Shown here one piece after another: positions 36,070 to 44,693 of a stretch of DNA of 64,000 bases. The first letter of the stretch is position 1, and the number at the start of each line of letters is the position of its first letter. The notes beneath the pieces were generated by a model. The model was not told the origin of the DNA. It did not search any database and saw only the letters and a program-made list of their open reading frames with translations. Source of the stretch: Candidatus Chisholmbacteria bacterium RIFCSPHIGHO2_01_FULL_52_32 (lineage in GTDB: Bacteria > Patescibacteriota > Microgenomatia > UBA1400 > Chisholmbacteraceae); NCBI GenBank assembly GCA_001816585.1, contig MHCJ01000003.1:586681-650680 (forward strand), written 5' to 3'. Both the position numbers and the translations under genes were made by a program.

Positions 36070-38961
36070 TCAACCTCGATGGTACGGTGCATTGATGAGA
36101 CCGCATTTTTTGAACTTGTACGGCTGCCCGGTAGCCGGATTGATCGCTCCGCACCAACAGGGATCGTTGCGGCCGATCTTCTGTTTTCTCATGCCCGTTT
36201 GATTATCGCTCGGGCGGTTGGTGGTCATCGCAGGCTGGGAAGCACCGAGCCCGGCGAGCGCTTGAGCGAAATCATCTATCTTGCCCTTTGCTTTCGGCTC
36301 CCGACGTTCGGCAGGAGGCAGTTTTGCTTCGGAAGGTATTGGTGTTTGCGGAGCCGGCTCAGCGACCTCCGGTTTCTTGGCTACCACTTCTGTCGGGACC
36401 GTCGGAGTTACTGGGCGGATCTGGATGCGAAAGACGGTCCGGGCGACCTCGTAGTCTGTTTGGGCAATTAATCGCTCAAACATCGAGAAGGCTTCTTTCT
36501 TATATTCCGCCAGGATGGTTTGTTTGTCCCCCCGGAGCCCGATGCCCTCACGCAGTTCGTCGATTGCATCGAGGTGATCCATCCAAAGCCGGTCGCTTGC
36601 CGAAAGCAGGGTAAACTTTTCGACCTGGTGCATGAGCTCTGGTCCTACTTGGGTTTCCCGTTTCTGGTACGTTTGGCGTACGATCTCCTTGAGCGCCCCG
36701 GACACTTCCTGCGGATCTTGTTTTTGTTTCATCGTTTCTTTCAAACGCTGCTGTGAGGCGGGATCGAATGGGATGATCGTGGCGAATTCGTTAAGGATCG
36801 CATCGAGTTCCTTTTCCGTGAGCCCTTCGGGTGTGCGGAGTGCCACCATGTTCTCGATTTCTTCATCAAGGATATGGAGAATCCGTTCGGAGACTTTCTT
36901 TGAGGTTCTATCTTCACTTTCCTCAAGGATGCTGTTTCTGCGCTTATAGAAGATCTCGCGCTGCTTGTTCATCACATCGTCGTATTCAACCAGCTGCTTT
37001 CTGGCATCAAAATGGAAGCCTTCGACCTTTACCTGGGCCTGTTCGATGGCTTTGGAGACCATACCCGCCTCAATCGGCTGATCCTCCGGGATCTTGAGCA
37101 TGGTCATCAATTTTTGGACCTGCTCGCCGCCGAAGATGCGCATGATGTCATCGTCCAACGAGACAAAGAAGCGCGAAAGACCGGGATCTCCCTGCCGGCC
37201 TGAACGTCCGCGGAGTTGGTTATCGATGCGACGGGATTCGTGGCGTTCCGTGCCGATGACATAGAGCCCGCCCAGGGAAACGACTTTCTCGTGATCTTGC
37301 TGCCATTTCTGGATAGCTTCTTTGTGGCTCTTCTTCCCTTCCTTCGTCCCTTCGACATCACCCGGGACTTCAGTGGGTACGTCCGGGGGTGTTCCGCCCA
37401 GTACTATATCGACGCCGCGGCCGGCCATATTCGTGGCAACGGTCACCGCACCGATTTTTCCGGCGTCGGCCAAGATCTGCGCTTCCTTTTCGTGCTGTTT
37501 TGCATTGAGTACCTGATGGGGAATCTTTTTTCGTTTGAGGTATTCCGAAATCGCCTCGTTGTGATCGATGGAGCGGGTTCCCAAGAGTACGGGTTGTCCC
37601 CGTCTATAGGCCTCCTCTACTTCGGCAACGACCGCACCATATTTTGCCCGTATGGTTTTGTACACGATATCCGGCTGGTTAATCCGAATCATCGGTTTGT
37701 GGGTGGGAATGACGATGACATCGAGGTTGTAGATTTTCTTGAATTCCTCGGCTTCGGTCGCGGCGGTGCCGGTCATGCCCGCTAACTTTTCGTACATGCG
37801 AAAGTAGTTTTGGAGTGAAATGGTAGCAAGGGTCCTTGATTCCTGCTGAATGGCAACGTTTTCTTTGGCTTCGATTGCCTGGTGGAGTCCTTCGGAGTAG
37901 CGGCGGCCGTACATCAGCCGGCCGGTGTGTTCATCAACGATGATAATTTGTCCTTCTTTCAAGACGTACTCACGATCGCGTTTAAAGAGGGTATGTGCCT
38001 TGAGGGCTTGCTCAATATGGTGAATTGTTTGGAAATCCTTCTCGTAGAGGTTTTCAACACCGAGCTTCTTTTCGACTTTGCGGATACCCCGTTCGGTCAG
38101 GTTGGCGGTCCTATGCTTTTCGTCAATCTCAAAGTCGGTATCGGAAGTAAGTTGGGGAATGAGCTTGGCGAAGTCGTAGTATTTGCTGGTCGGTTCGGTG
38201 TCAGGGGCAGAAATAATGAGCGGGGTACGTGCTTCATCAATCAGGATCGAGTCCACCTCATCGACGATCGCAAAGTGGTGCTCACGCTGAACCTGGGATT
38301 CCCGACTCTGGGCCATGTTGTCGCGCAGGTAATCGAAGCCGAACTCGTTGTTCGTGCCATAGGTAATATCGGCGCCGTAGGCTTCCTTGCGGGAGCAGGG
38401 TTTTAAGTGACGCAGGCGCTCGTCGGTTTGGGCATGTTCTGTGTGCTCCGGGTCGTAGAGTGCAGCCGGTTGTTGGCCCTCTCCCGCGTAGATCACCCCA
38501 ACGGAAAGCCCCAATGCACGGTAGATAGGACCGTTCCAGCCGCAGTCACGCCGGGCGAGGTAGTCATTGACCGTCACCAGGTGAACCCCTCTTTCCGTAA
38601 GGGCGTTTAAGTAGAGCGCGGTGGTTGCGGAGAGCGTTTTTCCTTCTCCGGTCTTTTGTTCCCCAATCTTTCCCTGATGGAAGGCGATTCCTGCCATGAG
38701 CTGTGCGTCGAAGTGCCGGAGGCCGATCGTTCTTCTTCCCGCCTCGCGGACCGCTGCGAAGGCGTCGGGGAGGAGGTCATCAAGTGTTTCGCCCCGCTCA
38801 AACCGCTGTTTCAATTCAGCGGTCTTGGATTTGAGCTCTTCGTCTCCGAGTTTTTGATAGTCTGCCTCAAGGGCGTTTATGGCTGCGATTGTGGGGTCGA
38901 ATTTCTTGACTTCTCTTTCGTTTGAATCGAGAAGTTTTCCTAAGAATCCGAGGAATGCCAT
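36070..38961 (-). CDS. secA: Preprotein translocase ATPase SecA
   Basis: KTGEGKT, DEVDSILIDEARTPLIIS, NMAGRG, QLRGRSGRQGDPG, GRNDPCWCG. Confidence 0.97.
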   Translation of the reverse strand: MAFLGFLGKLLDSNEREVKKFDPTIAAINALEADYQKLGDEELKSKTAELKQRFERGETLDDLLPDAFAAVREAGRRTIGLRHFDAQLMAGIAFHQGKIGEQKTGEGKTLSATTALYLNALTERGVHLVTVNDYLARRDCGWNGPIYRALGLSVGVIYAGEGQQPAALYDPEHTEHAQTDERLRHLKPCSRKEAYGADITYGTNNEFGFDYLRDNMAQSRESQVQREHHFAIVDEVDSILIDEARTPLIISAPDTEPTSKYYDFAKLIPQLTSDTDFEIDEKHRTANLTERGIRKVEKKLGVENLYEKDFQTIHHIEQALKAHTLFKRDREYVLKEGQIIIVDEHTGRLMYGRRYSEGLHQAIEAKENVAIQQESRTLATISLQNYFRMYEKLAGMTGTAATEAEEFKKIYNLDVIVIPTHKPMIRINQPDIVYKTIRAKYGAVVAEVEEAYRRGQPVLLGTRSIDHNEAISEYLKRKKIPHQVLNAKQHEKEAQILADAGKIGAVTVATNMAGRGVDIVLGGTPPDVPTEVPGDVEGTKEGKKSHKEAIQKWQQDHEKVVSLGGLYVIGTERHESRRIDNQLRGRSGRQGDPGLSRFFVSLDDDIMRIFGGEQVQKLMTMLKIPEDQPIEAGMVSKAIEQAQVKVEGFHFDARKQLVEYDDVMNKQREIFYKRRNSILEESEDRTSKKVSERILHILDEEIENMVALRTPEGLTEKELDAILNEFATIIPFDPASQQRLKETMKQKQDPQEVSGALKEIVRQTYQKRETQVGPELMHQVEKFTLLSASDRLWMDHLDAIDELREGIGLRGDKQTILAEYKKEAFSMFERLIAQTDYEVARTVFRIQIRPVTPTVPTEVVAKKPEVAEPAPQTPIPSEAKLPPAERREPKAKGKIDDFAQALAGLGASQPAMTTNRPSDNQTGMRKQKIGRNDPCWCGAINPATGQPYKFKKCGLINAPYHRG

Positions 38962-39211
38962 AAGAGTTTATTTTAACCTAAGTGCTCAAGAAACTCCAGA
39001 CAAAAGGTGAAAAGGTGGAGGTAGCGAGTTGCGCGTAATTTAGGAGACCCCTGTAACGGAAATTTCTTGGTCACATACGGTGCGGTTTTCGAAACGGTTA
39101 GTCTTTTTTAGTTTCACCAGACTGAGAGTCTGGCCTATGTGACCGGCGAAATTTGTTCCGCGCTCACTTTTTTAATAATTCTATGCGCGAAACTCTTGTT
39201 AGTCTCCGTTT

Positions 39212-39853
39212 TCACTTCCTTGCGGAAAAGACGATGTTTGCTGGTGTCGGAATCCGCTCAACATGCGCAAACACAGATGAGAGTTTGACTTCCAACAGGT
39301 TCACTTGGCCTTTTTCTCCCTGTTTTATAAGGTGGTTTACGAGCAGTACGCCATTGTTTATGAGCAGTTCACGCAGGGCTGTGAGGAATGGGCCTTGCAT
39401 GGATTTCTGCGGCACCTCGCCTCCCACATAGAGATCACAAAGAATGCAATCAAAGCGGCTTCTCCAGCTTTTGGTTCGGTGGAACACCCAATGGAAGGCA
39501 TCCCCCTTGACGATGGTGAGTTGCGGGATCTTCTGCAGTGCAAAATACCTCTTCCCCAACTCGATCATCAGCGGATCAAGCTCAACCCCGATCATTCTGG
39601 CTTCCGGCCAAATCCGGGCTATCTCCTTGGCGGCCGAGCCTGCTCCCAGGCCTAAAATGAGGATGTCTTTTCGGCTTCCCCCGTTGTTTGCGAGCGTTTT
39701 TACGGCCTTCCTCCAGATGCTTCTGACGAGCCCCCCGCTTTGGGTGAAGCCGCCGGCGTGAATGCTATATGATCCAAAGAGTTTTGAAACGGTGATCCTC
39801 CCGTTTACGGGTGATTCGCGTGTTTCGATGGTTTTGGGGAGAAAGAAGAGCAT
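39212..39853 (-). CDS. Spermidine-synthase-like SAM methyltransferase
   Basis: LILGLGAGS, VELDP, GDAF, DCILCDLY. Confidence 0.8.
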   Translation of the reverse strand: MLFFLPKTIETRESPVNGRITVSKLFGSYSIHAGGFTQSGGLVRSIWRKAVKTLANNGGSRKDILILGLGAGSAAKEIARIWPEARMIGVELDPLMIELGKRYFALQKIPQLTIVKGDAFHWVFHRTKSWRSRFDCILCDLYVGGEVPQKSMQGPFLTALRELLINNGVLLVNHLIKQGEKGQVNLLEVKLSSVFAHVERIPTPANIVFSARK

Positions 39854-39855
39854 AG

Positions 39856-39980
39856 TCAAGTTCAAAACTTAAAACTCAAAACGCAAAACTACAACGCAAA
39901 TCTCAAAAGTTTTAAGATTTAAGATGGGGCTTTGAGATTTGAAATTTGATATTTGAGATTTCTCAAATTTAGGGTTTAAC
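39856..39980. repeat. Paired inverted heptamer arrays (AAAACTC-type and TTGAGAT-type)
   Basis: aaaactt aaaactc aaaacgc aaaacta ... ttaagat ttaagat .. ttgagat ttgaaat ttgatat ttgagat. Confidence 0.85.
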
Positions 39981-41057
39981 ATTCTGGCTTTCTGTTGCGA
40001 TTTTACTTTCCCTGTATAATTCTTGCAGAATCTGTTCGCGAAGTTCCCGCCATTCATCAAGGCGCGGCTTGATGAGAGACTCATCGACTTTAACCCCCTT
40101 GATTCCCTCTTTTTGGAAACCGTAATTTAACAGCGCGGCTGCTGCGAGGTCCCTATCGACAATGCTGCCGGCACCCACCACAATTGCGATCAGCGAAATG
40201 CCTTCCCGGGTTGCCGTCACTATAGTCAGGTGACCGGCCTTTTCCGTGAAGCCTATCTTCAGACCGTCAACCCCGGGATAGGTCGTAAGGAGTGCGTTCC
40301 AATTGGGCAGGTGGTAAAAGCCGTGCCTTTCAGTTTCTTCCAATGCGGCATAGCGGGATGCCGCTGCCGTACGGATCGGCAGATAATTTTTATAGGCATA
40401 ACGGGCAATACGGGCAAGATCGTAGGCGTTCGTGTACTGATTCTCATCATCAAATCCTTGGGTGTTGGTAAAGTTGGTATTCCCCAGTCCAAGCAACTCT
40501 GCTTTCTTGTTCATCAGGCTTACGAACACTTCTTCGTTCCCGCTGAAGGGGCGGAGTGTTTCTTCTCCGACGATCGTTGCCGCGTCGTTCCCTGAGGTTG
40601 CGATCATCGCTTTAATCAGCTCCTCAAGGGTAAAGGTTTCTCCCGGTTTAACTCCGAGGATGGTTGGTTCCTGGGAGGCTGCTTTTTGCGATGCCGTCAA
40701 TTTTGCGGAGGATGTTGCGATGTCCAGTGCCACCATGGCCGTGACGAGTTTTGTTAACGAGGCCGGCGGAATTTTTTCGTTTACGTTCCTGGCGCTGTAG
40801 ACCTCGCCTGAATCGGCATTGACGACGAGATATGCCTTCAGGGCTGCAAGTCTAGCGCTTGAAAGCTCGTTCTTTGATGGTTCCCGAAGGAGCGGGTGGA
40901 AGCGGGCGGAATCATTGACAGTCAAAAAAGGTGTAAACCGCTTAGTTTCTTTTTCGTTCGGCAGTTTTGAAGGAGAAAGGGATCGTTTTCCACCAAAGCC
41001 TACGACCACAAGAAAAAACAGCGCGGCAACAAAGCTCAGGATAGTAAATCTTTTCAT
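39969..41057 (-). CDS. D-Ala-D-Ala carboxypeptidase (peptidase S11)
   Basis: ASLTK, SGN, GLKIGFT. Confidence 0.9.
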   Translation of the reverse strand: MKRFTILSFVAALFFLVVVGFGGKRSLSPSKLPNEKETKRFTPFLTVNDSARFHPLLREPSKNELSSARLAALKAYLVVNADSGEVYSARNVNEKIPPASLTKLVTAMVALDIATSSAKLTASQKAASQEPTILGVKPGETFTLEELIKAMIATSGNDAATIVGEETLRPFSGNEEVFVSLMNKKAELLGLGNTNFTNTQGFDDENQYTNAYDLARIARYAYKNYLPIRTAAASRYAALEETERHGFYHLPNWNALLTTYPGVDGLKIGFTEKAGHLTIVTATREGISLIAIVVGAGSIVDRDLAAAALLNYGFQKEGIKGVKVDESLIKPRLDEWRELREQILQELYRESKIATESQNVKP

Positions 41058-42319
41058 TACGCTTTGGGAGCTATACGATCCTTCCCGACGTATGAACGGA
41101 GGATCTTGGGGACCGTGACGGACCCGTCTTCCTGTTGGTAGTTCTCAAGAATGGCGCCAAGGACGCGCGGAGTGGCGATGACGGTATTGTTGAGGGTATA
41201 GACGTATTTGATCTCACCCTCACCGGTTCGGTAGCGCAGGTTGAGACGTCTGGCTTGAAAGTCATAGAAATAACTGTCGGAATGGGTTTCCCGATACCTT
41301 TCCTGGGAAGGATACCAGGTTTCAATGTCATACTTCTTCACTTGGCCGGCTCCCATGTCACCGGTGCACATCAAAACGATTTGGTATGGAAGCTCGAGCT
41401 CCCGCAATACGTCCTCGGCGTAGGAGAGCATCCGCTCGTGCCATAGTTCCGATTCCTTTTTGTCGGCGGCGTGGAGAACAACCTGCTCGACCTTGCTGAA
41501 TTGATGGAGGCGGAAGATGCCGCGGGTATCCTTTCCGTATGAGCCGACCTCCCGACGGAAGCAGGGAGAGATTCCAACCAGTTTCACGGGCAGCTGGTTC
41601 TCTTGTAAAACCTCCCCGGCGTGGTAGGCCGTCAAAGATACTTCGGCGGTCCCGATTAATTTTTTCCCATCCTGCGTTGTGTAGTGATCCTCGATGCCCC
41701 AAGGGAAATATCCGGTCCCGAAGAGCGCTTCGTCGTTTACGAGCCAGGGAACTGTCATCGGGGTAAAGCCCTGTTTTATCATATGGCGGAGGGCATAATC
41801 CAACAGGCCGTATTCCAAAAGAACCAGTTCGTTTTTGGTGAAGAAGCTGCGGAAACCACCGATTTTCACACCCCGCGGCACATCGATGAGATCGAGCTTT
41901 TCACCGAGTTCAATGTGATCGAGGGGTTTAAAGGAGAACTTCGGAGGCGTCCCCCACCGGCGAACAACCTGGTTTCCCGATTCGTCGGGACCCACCGGAA
42001 CGCCTTCGGCAGGTACACTGGGAACCTGAAGCATGAAGTCTTTGAAGTTATCTTGGACTTGTTTCAATTGCGGCTCGATGTCTTTTAACTTTTTCTTGAT
42101 TTCAGTTCCTTCTTTGATGAGCGTGTCCGATTTGGCTTTGGCCAATTCTTTGGCGATTTCGTTTCTGCGGGCACGGAGTTTCTCTACCTTGTCGATCAGC
42201 TCCCGACGCTGGTTGTCAGTTCGGATTACTTCATCGACAACGGCTGGGTTTAAGTTTTTGTCGCGGGCGGCTTTTCTGACTTCTTCGGCGTGATCGCGGA
42301 TGAATTGGATGTCTAACAT
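41057..42319 (-). CDS. serS: Serine--tRNA ligase
   Basis: MLDIQFIR, GTAEV, FRREVGSYGKDTRG, HQFSKVE, TLNNT. Confidence 0.97.
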   Translation of the reverse strand: MLDIQFIRDHAEEVRKAARDKNLNPAVVDEVIRTDNQRRELIDKVEKLRARRNEIAKELAKAKSDTLIKEGTEIKKKLKDIEPQLKQVQDNFKDFMLQVPSVPAEGVPVGPDESGNQVVRRWGTPPKFSFKPLDHIELGEKLDLIDVPRGVKIGGFRSFFTKNELVLLEYGLLDYALRHMIKQGFTPMTVPWLVNDEALFGTGYFPWGIEDHYTTQDGKKLIGTAEVSLTAYHAGEVLQENQLPVKLVGISPCFRREVGSYGKDTRGIFRLHQFSKVEQVVLHAADKKESELWHERMLSYAEDVLRELELPYQIVLMCTGDMGAGQVKKYDIETWYPSQERYRETHSDSYFYDFQARRLNLRYRTGEGEIKYVYTLNNTVIATPRVLGAILENYQQEDGSVTVPKILRSYVGKDRIAPKA

Positions 42320-42371
42320 AGGGATAGGTAGGGTTTAGGGTTTAGGGTTTAGGGTTTAGGGTTTAGGGTTC
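42320..42371. repeat. (AGGGTTT)5 array abutting serS start
   Basis: agggatag gt (agggttt)x5 agggttc. Confidence 0.95.
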
Positions 42372-42375
42372 AGAT

Positions 42376-42858
42376 CTATTTTACCAGCTTGTTTTGTTTG
42401 ATGAGTTTTTGGGCTTCGGAGACGAAGTCGGTGGTTAAGGGTAGACACTCAAGTTTGTAGATTTCTTCCGGGTAAAACCAGCGAAAGCCGCCGGTTTCCT
42501 TTTCCGGATCGTTATCGAGTGAGATCGTTTGATTACCGATGTCGACCAAGAAGCAGAGAAGTGTCAGGTGTACGTCAGTATTAAGGTCGATATGGCGTCC
42601 TTTTTCATAGACGACTGATTTTACGATCGGGTAGGGAAACAGAATTCTTGCTGAGACACTCAGTTCCTCCTGCATTTCCCGCGCCAGTGCTTGTTCCGGA
42701 GTTTCACCAAACTCGATTTCACCTCCGGCAAGCTGCCACTTGCCGTCCCAGAATTTCCTTTTGGGAGCCTGTCTTTGCGTAAGGAGCATTTGGCCTTTTT
42801 CATTTATGGGAAGGCCGAGCGCTCCGACGATCTTTTGGGGTTTGAGATCCGAGGACAT
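42376..42858 (-). CDS. NUDIX hydrolase
   Basis: GGEIEFGETPEQALAREMQEEL. Confidence 0.92.
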   Translation of the reverse strand: MSSDLKPQKIVGALGLPINEKGQMLLTQRQAPKRKFWDGKWQLAGGEIEFGETPEQALAREMQEELSVSARILFPYPIVKSVVYEKGRHIDLNTDVHLTLLCFLVDIGNQTISLDNDPEKETGGFRWFYPEEIYKLECLPLTTDFVSEAQKLIKQNKLVK

Positions 42859-42904
42859 ATCGAATTATGAATAATGAATCATGAATTATGGATCATGCGA
42901 ATTT
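42859..42904. repeat. ATTATGA-family heptamer array
   Basis: attatga ataatga atcatga attatgg atcatgc. Confidence 0.85.
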
Positions 42905-43456
42905 CTACAGACCGATTTCGCCGGCGATACTTTTCATCGCATCTAAAACCGTTTGGACGTGATCCCAGACGTCTACGCCGAGGTCGGCGGCTGATTTTTC
43001 TATATCCTCGCGGTTCACGCCGCGGGCGAATTCCTTGGTCTTCCATTTCTTTTGAACTGATTCAAGTGTTACGTCGGACAGTTTCTTTGACGGACGAACC
43101 AGCGTAACTGCAACAATCAGCCCCGTTATTTCATCGCAGGCAGCGAGGGCTTTATCGATTCGCTTTGTCCTTGCGATACCGGTGTGATCAGCGTGAGAGA
43201 GGATCGTTTGAATCATCTCCTCATCCACCCCTTTCTCGCGAAGGATCTTTGCTCCTTCCTGGGGGTGTTCTTTGAGGGTCGGGTGGATCTCCCAGTCGAA
43301 GTCATGGAGAAGTCCTGCAACACGATAGCGCTGTTCGTCCTCGCCGAACTTTTCGGCATAGGCTGCCATGGCTGCTTCAACGGCAAACATATGGCGCCGG
43401 AGGTTGATGTTTTTGACGTACTGTTTGACGATTTCCAGTGCTTCTTGTCTTGTCAT
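42905..43456 (-). CDS. HD/HDIG-domain phosphohydrolase
   Basis: RRH..AVE, GLLHDFD, H..EG, SH, ACDEITG, FARGVNRE. Confidence 0.88.
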   Translation of the reverse strand: MTRQEALEIVKQYVKNINLRRHMFAVEAAMAAYAEKFGEDEQRYRVAGLLHDFDWEIHPTLKEHPQEGAKILREKGVDEEMIQTILSHADHTGIARTKRIDKALAACDEITGLIVAVTLVRPSKKLSDVTLESVQKKWKTKEFARGVNREDIEKSAADLGVDVWDHVQTVLDAMKSIAGEIGL

Positions 43457-43909
43457 AAAACAAGGACTAAGGAATAAGTGGTAAGTGGAGAGTCAGAGAC
43501 AGGGAAAATCATCTTTTGTTCCGCAGGGTTTTCAAACTGGAAACGAGCATCCCTACGGTTTCATTATTGATTCCAATAATCTTATCTATCGTCGCTCCAA
43601 TTTTCGGATACAATTCTTTTAATATTAACAGCCAATATTCCGTTTCGTTAGCGGATCCGAGGGATATTTGAAGGAATCTTTCGTATTCCTTCCCTCTATA
43701 TCGACCGTACCCCTCGGCAATATTTGCGCCTACAGAACTTGAAGCCCTAATAAGCTGATTAACTACTATCTTTGTTGCTTGTTCCATTGGTAATTTCTTT
43801 ACTAAACCTACAATCTGCTTTGTAGTTTCGAATGACTTCTGCCAAAACTTCAGATCTTTGTACCCTTTTATCCTCTGACTTATCATTTATTCCTTACTCT
43901 TTATTCTTT
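43457..43909 (-). mobile_element. Candidate cassette: four-helix-bundle gene bracketed by inverted heptamer arrays
   Basis: AT-rich gene with flanks taaggaa taagtgg taagtgg agagtca and ttattcc ttactct ttattct; matching empty site at 52785-52870. Mobility is inferred. Confidence 0.5.
43509..43886 (-). CDS. Four-helix-bundle protein (23S rRNA IVP / bAvd-like family)
   Basis: YKDL..WQKS, QLIRASSSVGANIAEG, FLQISLGSANETEYWL. Confidence 0.92.
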   Translation of the reverse strand: MISQRIKGYKDLKFWQKSFETTKQIVGLVKKLPMEQATKIVVNQLIRASSSVGANIAEGYGRYRGKEYERFLQISLGSANETEYWLLILKELYPKIGATIDKIIGINNETVGMLVSSLKTLRNKR

Positions 43910-44683
43910 TTAAATTGGATTTGGGATATCGATGAATTCGACCTCAAGGCCGTCTTCGAAGCGGGATTTGATTACCTTGCCGAGTTCCTGAACGCCAAAA
44001 ACTTCCGTTGCGTAGTGCCCGCAGGCAAAGTAGTTGATACCCTCTTCCGCCATTTTACTCGGAACGGATTCCGACGCCTCTCCTGTTAAGAAAAGTTCTA
44101 TTCCTTTTTCTTCCATCTCGGTCAGGTGCTCGGAGGAAGGTTTTGCTGCCCCGGAAACGACCCCGATTGTCTTGACCTTTTTCGGTCCGGAATACACCGC
44201 AAAAATATCATGATGAAAAATCTCCGCGCATTGTTCGGCAAGTATTGCGGCATCTTTTGGTTTTTCAAAGTGGGCCACGTATCCGAATTCTTCAAACAGC
44301 GGTTCTCCAAGTTTTGCTCCCAACAATTTGATGATTACGGCGTTATTGCCGATTCTCGGATCTGCGTCAAGAACGTAGTGAAAACCGATGATCGTAAGGT
44401 CATTCTTTAGGATCAGCTTCAATCGCTTTTGCGATGAGCGCGGAAAGCGGCCTTTGTATACCCTTGGGTCAAAACCGTGATGAACAATGCAAAGGGAAGC
44501 CCCTATTCTTACCGCTTCCTTGAGGAAGTCTTCGTTCAGGCTTACACCAAGCGCTACCTTTTTCACTTCTTCGGATCCGAGAAGCTGGATACCGTTTGCC
44601 ACTTCGTCCTGTTTGGCTGCTTTGTCCAACAGCTCTTTTCCGAAATAGTCCAAGACAAAGGTGATGAGTCGGTCACGCATCAT
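43910..44683 (-). CDS. Nif3/YbgI-like dinuclear metal protein
   Basis: NGIQL, IVHHG, HYVLD...GNN, GHYATE.FG, DIPNP. Confidence 0.88.
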   Translation of the reverse strand: MMRDRLITFVLDYFGKELLDKAAKQDEVANGIQLLGSEEVKKVALGVSLNEDFLKEAVRIGASLCIVHHGFDPRVYKGRFPRSSQKRLKLILKNDLTIIGFHYVLDADPRIGNNAVIIKLLGAKLGEPLFEEFGYVAHFEKPKDAAILAEQCAEIFHHDIFAVYSGPKKVKTIGVVSGAAKPSSEHLTEMEEKGIELFLTGEASESVPSKMAEEGINYFACGHYATEVFGVQELGKVIKSRFEDGLEVEFIDIPNPI

Positions 44684-44693
44684 AGGCGGTTTC

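Noticed and set aside
39001-39045. Possible heptamer array upstream of secA
   Set aside because: Period irregular (6-8 bp) and too degenerate to call.
39869-40084. ORF-track proteins built from arrays (also 1956-2141, 42874-43107)
   Set aside because: Translations such as SQISNFKSQ, NDLRFMIYELR and NHELWIM are artefacts of 7-bp repeats.
42320-42371. TTTAGGG run as a real telomere or plant contamination
   Set aside because: Short, internal, seamlessly joined to bacterial genes at three loci and part of a wider heptamer pattern.
43509-43886. Diversity-generating retroelement (Avd) or 23S rRNA intervening sequence
   Set aside because: No reverse transcriptase, TR/VR pair or rRNA seen in the window.
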